Below, piece by piece: positions 39,461 to 49,437 of a stretch of 49,568 nt of DNA. Below the pieces are notes generated by a model. That model saw only the letters and a list, made by a program, of their open reading frames with translations. It ran no database searches and had not been told where the DNA came from. The stretch comes from Nitrososphaerota archaeon (GTDB taxonomy: Archaea > Thermoproteota > Nitrososphaeria > Nitrososphaerales > UBA57). The first letter of the stretch is position 1. Each line of letters begins with the position of its first letter. Made by a program: the position numbers and the translations under genes. The stretch spans positions 1-49,568 of the forward strand of contig JACAFT010000004.1 of assembly GCA_013378375.1 (NCBI GenBank). The letters are read 5' to 3'.

Positions 39461-40234
39461 ATGAAAATTGTAGGAGCCATGCAAATAGGAGGCAATTGTT
39501 CATGGATCTTAGATTCTAGTCTAAAAAATCTAAGTTCATTAGTTGATGAGATTGTAGTTGTTGGAACAGGAAACATACCAGAAGAAACAAGGAAAATTAT
39601 CGCAAATTATGATAAAATTGTTGATAGTCACTTTGACATCAACATAGCTAATAGAATTGAATGGAATGATATGAATAAACTATTAAATATGGCACAAAAG
39701 AGGCAAGCAGATTGGATACTGTTCATGGACGCTGACGAAACTTTTGAACCTCGACTTGCAAAAGAGATACGACAACTGGTAAAGAATTCCACAGCAGGTA
39801 TGTATAGATTTAAGAGACATTGGTTGTGGAAAGATACAAATCATTACAGGGTAGATCGTCCTGATAAATTTTCTACAATATCATTTAACACTTATTTGGT
39901 TCGTTCAAACTCATCACTGGTATTTCCTAATCCTGCTGGAAAAATATTAAAAAGAATAATAAAACATGTATCAGGAAAAGAAAAACTACGTCCATATTTT
40001 GGAAGAGATCCAATAACTGGTGTTAAAGGTAAAGTTATTGAAACAGATATAATATTACTGCATCACGCGGCATTAAATTGGTCACAATTCATACAGAATC
40101 AGATCTGGTACGCCACACTAATTTCTAAAAGACAACCCAAACGAAAGGAAGAAGAAATTGTAAATCAGTTTTATAGTATTATCGATGAATCAACATTAAA
40201 ACTTGAACAAGTAAAACCTGAATGGTTTGAATGA
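39461..40234 (+). CDS. GT2-like glycosyltransferase
   Basis: VDEIVVV, DWILFMDADE, LLH. Confidence 0.75.
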   Translation: MKIVGAMQIGGNCSWILDSSLKNLSSLVDEIVVVGTGNIPEETRKIIANYDKIVDSHFDINIANRIEWNDMNKLLNMAQKRQADWILFMDADETFEPRLAKEIRQLVKNSTAGMYRFKRHWLWKDTNHYRVDRPDKFSTISFNTYLVRSNSSLVFPNPAGKILKRIIKHVSGKEKLRPYFGRDPITGVKGKVIETDIILLHHAALNWSQFIQNQIWYATLISKRQPKRKEEEIVNQFYSIIDESTLKLEQVKPEWFE

Positions 40235-40251
40235 AGACAGTATTGAGATGA

Positions 40252-41145
40252 ATGGGAATGAAAAAAAAAGTATTGATAGTAGGTTCAGATAGTGCAATAG
40301 GAACTAAAATAGTTAATCATTTCAAGGATAAATATGATTTAATCGGATTATCTAGGAAAAAAATAAACAATTCAATAACAAATCATGTGTTTGATTTGGA
40401 TAAAACGGATATATCAGGTTTACCAGATATATCAGCAGATATCTGCATAGTATTTTCATCTATAACAGATATAGATGTCTGTGAAAAATTTCCAAAAAAA
40501 GCTTTTAAAACCAATGTTGAAGGAACAAAAAAGATTTTTGATGCATTAAAAATTAACAAAATTAAGCGTTTAATTTATTTTTCTACAGGAACGGTTGTAT
40601 CAGGATATGATACACCAATGAATGAGAATATGACTCCATCGCCACCAAATGTATACTCAGTAACCAAGCATCTTGCCGAGAAAGAGATTAAAAATTATTC
40701 AGAATTTTTTGATTCCATAGTTATTAGACCTTTCTTTGTGTATGGACCAAATACAAGGCACAATCGTCTAATATACAATCTGATTACTAATATTGCAAAA
40801 AAGAATACTATAAATCTAAATATAGATGCAAAACCAAAAATTAATCCGATATATATAGACGACGTAATACAAATAATACAATTATTAGTGGAAAATAAAA
40901 ATAACATATCTTTTGATTGTATTAACATTGCAGGAAATGAGGTAGTATCAATAAAAGAATTAGCAGAAAAAATTTCAAAAATTCTTAAAACTAGTATAAT
41001 TTTTAAAGAATCAGAAAATAATTCAAAAAATATCATAGCAGATATTACAAAATTAAAAGAAAAATATAATTATAAATTTCAATTCAAATTAGATGAAGGA
41101 CTGGAACGTATGATTTTTGCAATGCAAAATAAAAATTTAATATAA
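40252..41145 (+). CDS. NAD-dependent epimerase/reductase with a degenerate Gly-rich motif
   Basis: VGSDSAIG, TNVEGT, YSVTK, R...VYGP, PIYIDD. Confidence 0.85.
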   Translation: MGMKKKVLIVGSDSAIGTKIVNHFKDKYDLIGLSRKKINNSITNHVFDLDKTDISGLPDISADICIVFSSITDIDVCEKFPKKAFKTNVEGTKKIFDALKINKIKRLIYFSTGTVVSGYDTPMNENMTPSPPNVYSVTKHLAEKEIKNYSEFFDSIVIRPFFVYGPNTRHNRLIYNLITNIAKKNTINLNIDAKPKINPIYIDDVIQIIQLLVENKNNISFDCINIAGNEVVSIKELAEKISKILKTSIIFKESENNSKNIIADITKLKEKYNYKFQFKLDEGLERMIFAMQNKNLI

Positions 41146-41153
41146 AAATAGAT

Positions 41154-42389
41154 TTATTTTATATCAATTTCAGGAAGTGGAATAATAAATTTTCCGCCAT
41201 TCGTTCGATATTGTTCATGTTTCTTCATAATATCATCAGCAAAATTCCATGCCAAAATAAGAACGTAATCAGGATTATCTTCGTCAATTTTTTCAGTAGG
41301 AAGGATTGGTATATGTTTGCCAGGAGTAAATAATCCGTGTTTAATCTCAGCAATATCAACTACATAATCTAAGATATCAGGACCAATTCCAAAATAATTT
41401 AATAAAGTATTTCCCTTAGCCGCAGCTCCATAACCAACAATTGTTTTACCATCGTCTTTTAATTGAAGTAATAACTTCATAATTTCATTTTTACATTTCT
41501 CAATTTCAGTACCATAGTTCTTGTAAGTAACTGCTTGATCCATTTTCAATCTATTTTCCAGGGCCAAATGATTACTAACAGATTCAGTAATGTTATGTTT
41601 TCCAATCTTTCTTTTCGCGTATACTCGTATAGAACCGCCTGCAGTAGAAATATCTTCAACGTCAAAGATTTCCATGTCAAATTTTTCAAAAAATCTCTGT
41701 AATGGCCTAATACAGTAATATGATACATGTTCATGATAGATTAAATCAAAGTATTTCTTTTCTAACATATTTACCATATAAGTCGCTTCAGCAACAAATA
41801 TTCCATCATCTTTGAGTAAAACAGAAACTCCGCGTAAAACATCGTCAAGATCGTCAATATGCGCAAAAACATTTGCGCTTGTGATTATATCAGCAGGTCC
41901 ATATTTTTCTAGGATTATTTTTGCATTATCCTCAGTAAAAAAATCAACAAAAGTTTCTATTCCATCACTTTCAGCTATTTTAGCAATATTCTCGGCAGGG
42001 TCTACACCCAGAGTTTTAATTCCAAGATTTTTTAAGGGTTTCAATAAAATTCCGTCGTTACTACCAAATTCAATAACAAAAGATTCATCAGTAAGATCAA
42101 ATCTTTTCACAATATCTTGTGCGTACTTTGTAAAATGTTCAATATAAGATGGTGCAGTAGAAGATATATACAAATAGTTTCTAAAAAGAACTTCACCAGG
42201 AATAATATCCAACAATTGGACTAGACCACAATCTTGACAAAAATAAGTTTCTAAAGGATAACTTGGTTCAGGAATTTTTAGTTCCTCGGGTTTAAGATAG
42301 CTGTTTGCTAACGGAGTCTTTCCTAGGCTTAAGAATTTAATCATATCAGTGCTTTTACAAAGTCTACAAGTAGTGCGTAAATACGACAT
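41154..42389 (-). CDS. NDP-hexose C-methyltransferase, paralog 2
   Basis: CRLC, CQDC.LVQL, GSNDG, NVFAH, YHEH, GGS.R, GYGAAAKG, AWNF; start at 42389 or 42407. Confidence 0.92.
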   Translation of the reverse strand: MSYLRTTCRLCKSTDMIKFLSLGKTPLANSYLKPEELKIPEPSYPLETYFCQDCGLVQLLDIIPGEVLFRNYLYISSTAPSYIEHFTKYAQDIVKRFDLTDESFVIEFGSNDGILLKPLKNLGIKTLGVDPAENIAKIAESDGIETFVDFFTEDNAKIILEKYGPADIITSANVFAHIDDLDDVLRGVSVLLKDDGIFVAEATYMVNMLEKKYFDLIYHEHVSYYCIRPLQRFFEKFDMEIFDVEDISTAGGSIRVYAKRKIGKHNITESVSNHLALENRLKMDQAVTYKNYGTEIEKCKNEIMKLLLQLKDDGKTIVGYGAAAKGNTLLNYFGIGPDILDYVVDIAEIKHGLFTPGKHIPILPTEKIDEDNPDYVLILAWNFADDIMKKHEQYRTNGGKFIIPLPEIDIK

Positions 42390-42479
42390 ACATTTACCCA
42401 CATTCATTATATCTAATAACCTTTATTTTTCAGTGAATACCGACATACTAAAATTACTGATTAACCAATTTATTTCAAC

Positions 42480-44285
42480 TTGTGTGGAATTACAGGGATT
42501 TTCGGAACTAACGATCAACATATCATTAAAAAAATGACTGATTCAGTGACTCATAGAGGACCGGATGAAGTTGGTTATTTTCACGATGATCGAATAAGTT
42601 TGGGACATGCGCGGTTAAGTATAATAGATCTACACACAGGTTCACAACCAATGTTCAATGAAAATAAAAATTTTGTAGTAGTATATAACGGTGAGATATA
42701 TAATTATCAGGAATTAAAATCAGAACTTGAGAAGAAAGGCCATAATTTTTCAACTTCTTCAGATACTGAAGTCATTGTTCATGCGTACGAAGAATACGGA
42801 ATTGAATCTTTTAACATGTTTAATGGAATGTTTGCATTTGCAATATGGGACTCCAAGAAAAAGGAATTAATATTAGCACGAGATTCCCATGGAATAAAAC
42901 CACTATATTTTTCAGAAGTCAACAAGAAATTATTATTTGCTTCAGAAGCAAAGGCAATATTGAATTCCAAGGATATTGAACCTGAAGTAAACATTGAATC
43001 TTTGTATTATATGTTAAATCTCAGATACATACCTTATGAACAAACAATTTTTAAGAATATTCAAAGACTTGCAGCTGGACATTTTCTGCGTGCAAAAAGC
43101 AACGGTCAATTAGAAATTCGCAAATATAAAAGGGAAAATACACATAATTTGTTAGAAATTACAGAAAATCAGGCAGCTACAAAATTAAATAATGCATTAC
43201 TTTCAAGCATTAAACGTCATTTGATAAGCGACGTTCCATTAGGGTTCTACCTATCAGGAGGGATTGATAGTACTACATTAGTAGCAATATCAAAAGAACT
43301 TGGTCACAAGAAGTTAACAACATTTTCAATGGGATTTGGTGAAGAAAGAGATGAATTACAAACAGCAAAACAAGTATCAGAATATTTTGAAACAGATCAT
43401 AAAGAGATTATAATAGACGGAGCCATAATGAAAGAATTTCCATCCATGATATGGTGCGCAGAAGGTCCTAAAAGAAATCTATGGCATTATTATCTAGCAA
43501 AATTAGCAAGAAAACATGTCAAAGTTGTACTAAGTGGTTTAGGATGTGATGAATTTTTTGGAGGATATGATTTTAGATATAAACAAATTATGAAGTATAA
43601 GGATGATTTACCAACACAAGAAAAAGTTAAAACATATATCAATACACAAGGTCGAGATATACTATCAGAAAACGAAATGAATGATTTTTTTGGCAAACAG
43701 TTTAAAAATTTTTCAAAAAGATCCGTGTCTAATCTTTTTATACCTTTTTTTAATACAAATGGAAGTTTCCTTCAACAAGTAGTAGAAGCAGATAAAGAAA
43801 TGAAGATGACAAATGAGTTTTTGTTAGTTGATGATGCAGTTAGTATGGCTCATGGTTTAGAAGTAAGAGTACCTTTTCTAGATAATGAATTAACCAGTTT
43901 GTCACAACAACTGCCAATGAATTATAAATTCCACAATAATGAAGGGAAATTCATTCTTAAAAAAACCATGACTAACAGGTTACCAGACTTTGTGCTTAAG
44001 AAATCGAAACAAGGATTCAACCCAGATCCAGTACTTGTGTACAAGAAAGAACTACATGAATATGCAAAACAGTATTTATTAGATGGAATAGGAATTAGTC
44101 AAGGGTTTTTCACAAAAGATTTTGTTACAAAGTTACTTTCACAAGAAACATCAGACCATTTTCGAACACATTATAATAAATTATGGGATATATTTGCATT
44201 TGAAACATGGTATAAACTATTTATCGTAAGAAAAGAGTTTACAAAACCAAATATTTCTTTAGATAAATTACTTATGGATTCTTAG
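42480..44285 (+). CDS. asnB: Asparagine synthase-like glutamine amidotransferase, probably amidating a sugar
   Basis: N-terminal CGI, HRGPD, RLSIID, NGEIYN, LSGG.DS, E.RVPFLD, K.GF. Confidence 0.9.
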   Translation: MCGITGIFGTNDQHIIKKMTDSVTHRGPDEVGYFHDDRISLGHARLSIIDLHTGSQPMFNENKNFVVVYNGEIYNYQELKSELEKKGHNFSTSSDTEVIVHAYEEYGIESFNMFNGMFAFAIWDSKKKELILARDSHGIKPLYFSEVNKKLLFASEAKAILNSKDIEPEVNIESLYYMLNLRYIPYEQTIFKNIQRLAAGHFLRAKSNGQLEIRKYKRENTHNLLEITENQAATKLNNALLSSIKRHLISDVPLGFYLSGGIDSTTLVAISKELGHKKLTTFSMGFGEERDELQTAKQVSEYFETDHKEIIIDGAIMKEFPSMIWCAEGPKRNLWHYYLAKLARKHVKVVLSGLGCDEFFGGYDFRYKQIMKYKDDLPTQEKVKTYINTQGRDILSENEMNDFFGKQFKNFSKRSVSNLFIPFFNTNGSFLQQVVEADKEMKMTNEFLLVDDAVSMAHGLEVRVPFLDNELTSLSQQLPMNYKFHNNEGKFILKKTMTNRLPDFVLKKSKQGFNPDPVLVYKKELHEYAKQYLLDGIGISQGFFTKDFVTKLLSQETSDHFRTHYNKLWDIFAFETWYKLFIVRKEFTKPNISLDKLLMDS

Positions 44286-45159
44286 AAGACCAAGTAGATT
44301 GTAAACCGTCTCTCAAATCAGTAAAAGAAAGATCTCCAAATAATCCCTTTAGTTTTTCAGTATTTGCAGTAAAATTTCCTATTTCTCCTGGTCGAGCAGG
44401 AAGAAATTCTATATCAGGAGTCTTATTTACAATTTCTCCACATAACTTTACGAGATCTATTATATTGGTAGCTGTTCCAGTACCCATATTAAAGACGTCA
44501 TTAGGAGAAGTAAGTGATAATAATTTTGTTATATATCTGCAAATATCTACAACATAAATAAAATCTCGAATTTGTTTACCATCACCATATATCTGAATTT
44601 TTTTTCCGTTAGATATGTTGTCCAAAAGATTTGGAATTATTCTACCACTACCTCCTGCCTGAAGGGGACCATATACATTAAAGAATCTAAACACAGTAAA
44701 GTTCAATCCATATAACTCATTAAACACTCTCAAATAATGCTCACAAGCAAACTTTGAAACTCCATAGGGAGTTCTAGGAGTACAAGAATGATCTTCTGCA
44801 ACATCAGATGTTTCTACTTTTCCATAAAGAGATGATGCAGAACTAAATACAACAGATTTAATTTTGTTAATTTTACACGCTTCAAAGACATTTACATTTC
44901 CAAGAACATTTGTTGCAACATCACTTACTGGATCAGATGTGGACTTAATCAAAGGACTAGCAGCTAAATTAATCAGTACATCACAATTTTTTGTAGCTTT
45001 TATGATTGATTCCAGGTTAGTTATATCAACTAAAGAAAGATCTTTAAACAATTTTAGATCAACAGAATCTAAACATTGAACAGAATATCCTTGATTTTCA
45101 AGTTCATTAACCATATTCCGACCTATAAACCCACAGGCACCTAAAACTCCTACATTCAT
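44272..45159 (-). CDS. NAD-dependent epimerase/dehydratase (GalE/WbpP-like)
   Basis: GACGFIG, YGVSK, RFFNVYGP, GDG.Q.RDF. Confidence 0.93.
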   Translation of the reverse strand: MNVGVLGACGFIGRNMVNELENQGYSVQCLDSVDLKLFKDLSLVDITNLESIIKATKNCDVLINLAASPLIKSTSDPVSDVATNVLGNVNVFEACKINKIKSVVFSSASSLYGKVETSDVAEDHSCTPRTPYGVSKFACEHYLRVFNELYGLNFTVFRFFNVYGPLQAGGSGRIIPNLLDNISNGKKIQIYGDGKQIRDFIYVVDICRYITKLLSLTSPNDVFNMGTGTATNIIDLVKLCGEIVNKTPDIEFLPARPGEIGNFTANTEKLKGLFGDLSFTDLRDGLQSTWSSKNP

Positions 45160-45223
45160 CAGTCATTAATTTTTTTTCCACTTGATAAATGTTCATATTA
45201 ATTAACAGAATATTAATTTAATA

Positions 45224-46150
45224 ATGCAAATAAAAAAATCGCAAACACTTGGTATTGTTCTAGCAGCAGGATCAGGGACACGCTTACATCCTTTAACAAA
45301 ATCAATATCAAAAGCACTAATTCCAATAGCAGGAGTTCCAATAATTGAATATTCTCTATCAGCATTAACAAAAATTGGAATTAAAAATTTTAACATTGTA
45401 TGTCAAAAATCAAAAGACTTTGAATATCTACTAAATATGAAGAAATTTCATAACCATAATATAAAAATAACATCAATAAAAAAACCAATTGGAATTAGAA
45501 AAACTATTCTGGCAGTAACAAAAAATAATAATTTTAAACATTATTTAATATGTCATGCAGATAATGTGTACTCTTCATTTCCAAACAAACTATTACAAGT
45601 GTCAACGTTTGCAGGGTTAACATTTGAAAAATTTCAGAAAAACAATATAAACGCACGAATTCAAAATGGTAAAGTAATAGATTTTTTAACAAAACCTAAT
45701 GCCACAATTAGTGGAGTATATGTATTTAGCAGAGAGGCAATTATGTATATTAAATCAAATAATAAAATATTTGATTCGTGGGGAATAACAAGTGGACTTC
45801 AACAAGCACTTGTTGACAAAAACGTTATTGCGGGATTAAGATTTACAAAAAAAATAATCAATGTCAATACATTACAAGATTTAATTTGCGCAAATTCGTA
45901 TGTTTTAAAGAATATTACTAAACAAAAAAATTTTATAGATAAGAATTCAAAAATAGATGTTAATGCAAAAATAGGTCCTAATGTTAGTATTGGCAAAAAC
46001 TCTGTAATCAATGCCCAAACATCAATATCAAATTCAATTATAATGAATGATGTTATAGTAAAAAGAGGAGCGAGTATCAAAAATTCAGTAATTTATAATG
46101 GAAATATTGTTACGCAAAATAGCAACATAATCAATCAGATTATCATATAG
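45224..46150 (+). CDS. Sugar-phosphate nucleotidyltransferase with a left-handed beta-helix
   Basis: LAAG.GTRL.PLT...K.L.P, DN, hexapeptide repeats IGPNVSIG. Confidence 0.88.
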   Translation: MQIKKSQTLGIVLAAGSGTRLHPLTKSISKALIPIAGVPIIEYSLSALTKIGIKNFNIVCQKSKDFEYLLNMKKFHNHNIKITSIKKPIGIRKTILAVTKNNNFKHYLICHADNVYSSFPNKLLQVSTFAGLTFEKFQKNNINARIQNGKVIDFLTKPNATISGVYVFSREAIMYIKSNNKIFDSWGITSGLQQALVDKNVIAGLRFTKKIINVNTLQDLICANSYVLKNITKQKNFIDKNSKIDVNAKIGPNVSIGKNSVINAQTSISNSIIMNDVIVKRGASIKNSVIYNGNIVTQNSNIINQIII

Positions 46151-46204
46151 ATTTATCAATGTATTTGTAAATTAATCAATTACAGGATCAGGAGGCGTAT
46201 TGAT

Positions 46205-47419
46205 TTGTCAAAGAAAATATTAAGAATAACAAAGGGAGTTCCTCGACCAAATGATGTAACAACCTATGGTAGGCATGCGTTAACACCAAGATTGGCCAAA
46301 ATAGGTTATACAACATACGCATTGACAATGAATCCAATAAGTGAAAGTATTTCTTCTCTTCCATTACTTCGCAGTATTACGAAATTACAAATTTCAAAGT
46401 TTGATAAAAATAACGATAATTTAATTTGGATATTACCACCGACAATACGTACAGGCTCTAGTTTTGTCAATGAAATAATTTTTTGCATCTCTTCAATATT
46501 AACAATATTATTTTTATTATTACAAAAAAGAATTTCTTTCGATGTAATTTACAGTTCACAGACATTCTTTTTTGGTTTAATCGCAGGAATTCTAAAAATA
46601 ATTACAAAAAAGAGATGGATTGCTGAACCGTCTGACCCAAGATCGGATGATTTATATCGAGGAATTAAAGGAAAGATTTTACTAATAACAGAGAAAATTG
46701 TTTTCTTCCTCTCTCCAGATTATGTATTTGCAGTTGATCCAGTACAAGCAAAACAATATAGTAATAAATACAAACGAAAAGTTACATTCTTTCCATTATG
46801 TTATGATGACAGATTTAAAACTGTAATTAAGGATGCGGAAATAGAAAAATTTCGAAAACAAAATAAACTTGATGGAAAGATAGTAATACTGTTTGCAGGA
46901 TTGATGCATCCACATTACAATCGTGTTGATATATTATCAGAAACTGCAAAAAAGGTATGTGAAGCTCATGACAATATACAATTTTTGATTGTTGCCCACA
47001 ATAAAGACGGATTAAACCTATTAAAAAAACGAATTAAAGAATTTGGAATTGAAAATCGGTTTGTATTTATAGATTGGATGGACCATGATGAAATACCTTT
47101 ATTGATAAAATCATGTGATATCAGCCTAAATATCAATTATCTATACAACATTTCTACAAAAATTACTGAAGGAATGATAATGAATAGACCTACTATTTCA
47201 GCAGCTCCATGGTTTGATCAATATGATGAATTCTTGAAAACTGAACACAATACAATCCTCACACCACTGGATCCTAATATAATTACTGAGAAAATCTTAC
47301 AATTGACTACTGATCAAGAATACAGAGAAAAAATAGCAAAAAATGGCTATAAAACAATAAAACCATATGACTGGGATTATGAAAATAAATTATTCGTAGA
47401 TTTATTTTTCCGTCAGTAA
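46205..47419 (+). CDS. GT4 glycosyltransferase
   Basis: LFAG, K..E.M...P, YDW; AGGAGG at 46190..46195 before the TTG. Confidence 0.85.
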   Translation: MSKKILRITKGVPRPNDVTTYGRHALTPRLAKIGYTTYALTMNPISESISSLPLLRSITKLQISKFDKNNDNLIWILPPTIRTGSSFVNEIIFCISSILTILFLLLQKRISFDVIYSSQTFFFGLIAGILKIITKKRWIAEPSDPRSDDLYRGIKGKILLITEKIVFFLSPDYVFAVDPVQAKQYSNKYKRKVTFFPLCYDDRFKTVIKDAEIEKFRKQNKLDGKIVILFAGLMHPHYNRVDILSETAKKVCEAHDNIQFLIVAHNKDGLNLLKKRIKEFGIENRFVFIDWMDHDEIPLLIKSCDISLNINYLYNISTKITEGMIMNRPTISAAPWFDQYDEFLKTEHNTILTPLDPNIITEKILQLTTDQEYREKIAKNGYKTIKPYDWDYENKLFVDLFFRQ

Positions 47420-47420
47420 T

Positions 47421-47687
47421 TTAAACAGACTTGACTTTAGCATGTTTATCCAGAATACCATCAATACTCAATAAATCTTTATAATAGATTTTTGATTTGA
47501 AATCACAGTATCCACATATAACTCGGATAAAACTCGTGTTAGTATCAAGAGTAACGCGTAAAGAACAAGGCAATTCAGAATTATTATTCTCGCCATTCAT
47601 CAATGGACAAGAATTACATTTCAAATCTTTTACGGTTTTAATTATTCTGAATCTATTTGTTTCGTTCAATAAACAACTCACGTTCAA
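47421..47687 (-). CDS. Small Cys-rich putative Zn-finger protein
   Basis: CNSC and CGYC pairs plus extra Cys; fills the gap after the QueF-like gene; start uncertain because of overlap. Confidence 0.55.
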   Translation of the reverse strand: MNVSCLLNETNRFRIIKTVKDLKCNSCPLMNGENNNSELPCSLRVTLDTNTSFIRVICGYCDFKSKIYYKDLLSIDGILDKHAKVKSV

Positions 47688-48042
47688 ATGAATCGACAGT
47701 CAATGTAGAAGAGATTCCACCCCTAGGATTAAACTCCATAGAAATGACTAAGCGTTTTGGTTTATAGGTAGACATTAAATCATCATAGATTATATTAATC
47801 ACTCGTTCATATGAAAAAATTATATTTCTAAACTGTTGTAAATAAATTTTAAAGGATTTTAATTCAATTACAGATTTATCAGGAATTGTTGTAATATTAA
47901 TAAATGCATAATCAGGTTGGTTCTTAGCTCCATAGAAAGTAAATTCAGGGGCGTCAAGTTTTATCTCATATGGTTCAGAAACAGGATTGGATATTTTTTT
48001 CAAAACCCCTCTGTTAATTTTTTTAATTTTTTTTGCGGTCAT
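47653..48042 (-). CDS. QueF-fold (T-fold) protein lacking the catalytic Cys
   Basis: PEFT....QPD, IELKS.K.YL..FRN, E, F.PRGGI are all QueF hallmarks, yet the whole ORF has no Cys. Confidence 0.85.
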   Translation of the reverse strand: MTAKKIKKINRGVLKKISNPVSEPYEIKLDAPEFTFYGAKNQPDYAFINITTIPDKSVIELKSFKIYLQQFRNIIFSYERVINIIYDDLMSTYKPKRLVISMEFNPRGGISSTLTVDSFERELFIERNK

Positions 48043-48077
48043 ATTATATTATATAATTATTATACATATTAATTAGA

Positions 48078-49403
48078 TTAACCCAAGCCTATTGCATAAT
48101 ATTCAACAGGTTTTTTAAAATGATTCTTAGAAAATAGCCTCCTTCCATCAATAATCAACGGGTTTTTCATTAATTTTGTTATATCGTCATTGTTTAGCTT
48201 CTTAAATTCTTCCCACTCAGTAACAAGCAAACAACATTCAGAAGATTTCAAACAGGAACGAGCATTTTTGGTATATTTTATGGAAGTTCCAAATATTTGC
48301 TTAATATTAGGAATTGCTATAGGGTCATACACAGTTACTCTCGCGCCATGCTTAAGTAATTTTTCAATAATCTTGATAGAAGTAGCTTCTCGAATATCAT
48401 CAGTATTTGGTTTAAAAGATAGACCTAAAATTGATATCTTCTTGTTATTTATCGTACCAAGTTTATTTCGTAAAAGTGAAATGATTTGAAGAAATTGTGT
48501 ATTATTAATTCTCATAACTGATTTGAGAATGTCAGATTCTACTCGAACACTTTCACTAAAAGCAATTAATGCTCGAACATCTTTTGGAAAACAAGATCCA
48601 CCAAAACCAAGACCAGCATTAAGAAAAGAATCAGAAATTCTTTTATCTAAACCAAGTGCATTTTTTATATCATTAACATCTGCACCAGGTATTTCTTCGG
48701 CAATCCTTGCAATGTAATTCATAAAACTAATTTTCGTTGCCAAAAATGAATTATTAGAATATTTTATCAGCTCGGCATTCACTAATGAAGTTTCTATAAC
48801 TGGAGGAAGTTGACGATAAAATTTTTTATATAAATTTTTTATCATAGTAAGTTCATTTTTTGAATTGGCTCCTATAACCAGCCTATCAGGATAAAATGTA
48901 TCATGAATAGCTTTACCTTCTTGTAAAAATTCAGGGTTAGCAATAATTCCAAAATGTTTTCCTAACTTCTTATTTGAATATTTTTCAAGATCTTTTTTAA
49001 TTATATTATTTGATGTACCTGGAACGACAGTACTCTTGACAACTATCAGAAAATATTCATCGATGGATTTAATTATTTTTGCAATCTCTTTAGTTGCCTG
49101 GCGAATATACCTCACATCAATAGAACCATTCTTATTACTTGGTGTACCTACTGTCAGAAAGATGATACGAGTTTTTTGTAATTCATTATAGTCAGAAGAC
49201 ACAACTAAATTATTTTTATCAATGGCTTTTTTTAATAATTCTGACATATCTTTCTCATGAATTGGAGTCTTTGCTTTACGAATTTGAGAAATTTTATTAG
49301 TATCAATTTCTATCCCAAGCACCTTCATTCTACGATTAGAAAAGCAAACTGCCGTGGACAAGCCCACATATCCTAAACCTACAAAACCAACATCATATTC
49401 CAT
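48078..49403 (-). CDS. ugd: UDP-glucose/GDP-mannose 6-dehydrogenase
   Basis: GLGYVG, VGTP, KSTV.PG, NPEFL.EG, GFGGSCFPKD, FKP.TDD.R. Confidence 0.95.
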   Translation of the reverse strand: MEYDVGFVGLGYVGLSTAVCFSNRRMKVLGIEIDTNKISQIRKAKTPIHEKDMSELLKKAIDKNNLVVSSDYNELQKTRIIFLTVGTPSNKNGSIDVRYIRQATKEIAKIIKSIDEYFLIVVKSTVVPGTSNNIIKKDLEKYSNKKLGKHFGIIANPEFLQEGKAIHDTFYPDRLVIGANSKNELTMIKNLYKKFYRQLPPVIETSLVNAELIKYSNNSFLATKISFMNYIARIAEEIPGADVNDIKNALGLDKRISDSFLNAGLGFGGSCFPKDVRALIAFSESVRVESDILKSVMRINNTQFLQIISLLRNKLGTINNKKISILGLSFKPNTDDIREATSIKIIEKLLKHGARVTVYDPIAIPNIKQIFGTSIKYTKNARSCLKSSECCLLVTEWEEFKKLNNDDITKLMKNPLIIDGRRLFSKNHFKKPVEYYAIGLG

Positions 49404-49437
49404 ACATATTTTGATGATACATTGAAATAAATGGATT

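Noticed and set aside
47653-48042. Call as functional queF or as part of a 7-deazaguanine DNA-modification system
   Set aside because: The catalytic Cys is absent and there is no queC/D/E, folE or dpdA/tgt in the window.
118-48717. Many short opposite-strand or alternate-frame ORFs in the track (e.g. 3786..4247, 17887..18357, 20061..20474, 31968..32372, 33129..33539)
   Set aside because: They lie within well-supported genes and show antisense-shadow composition with no motifs.
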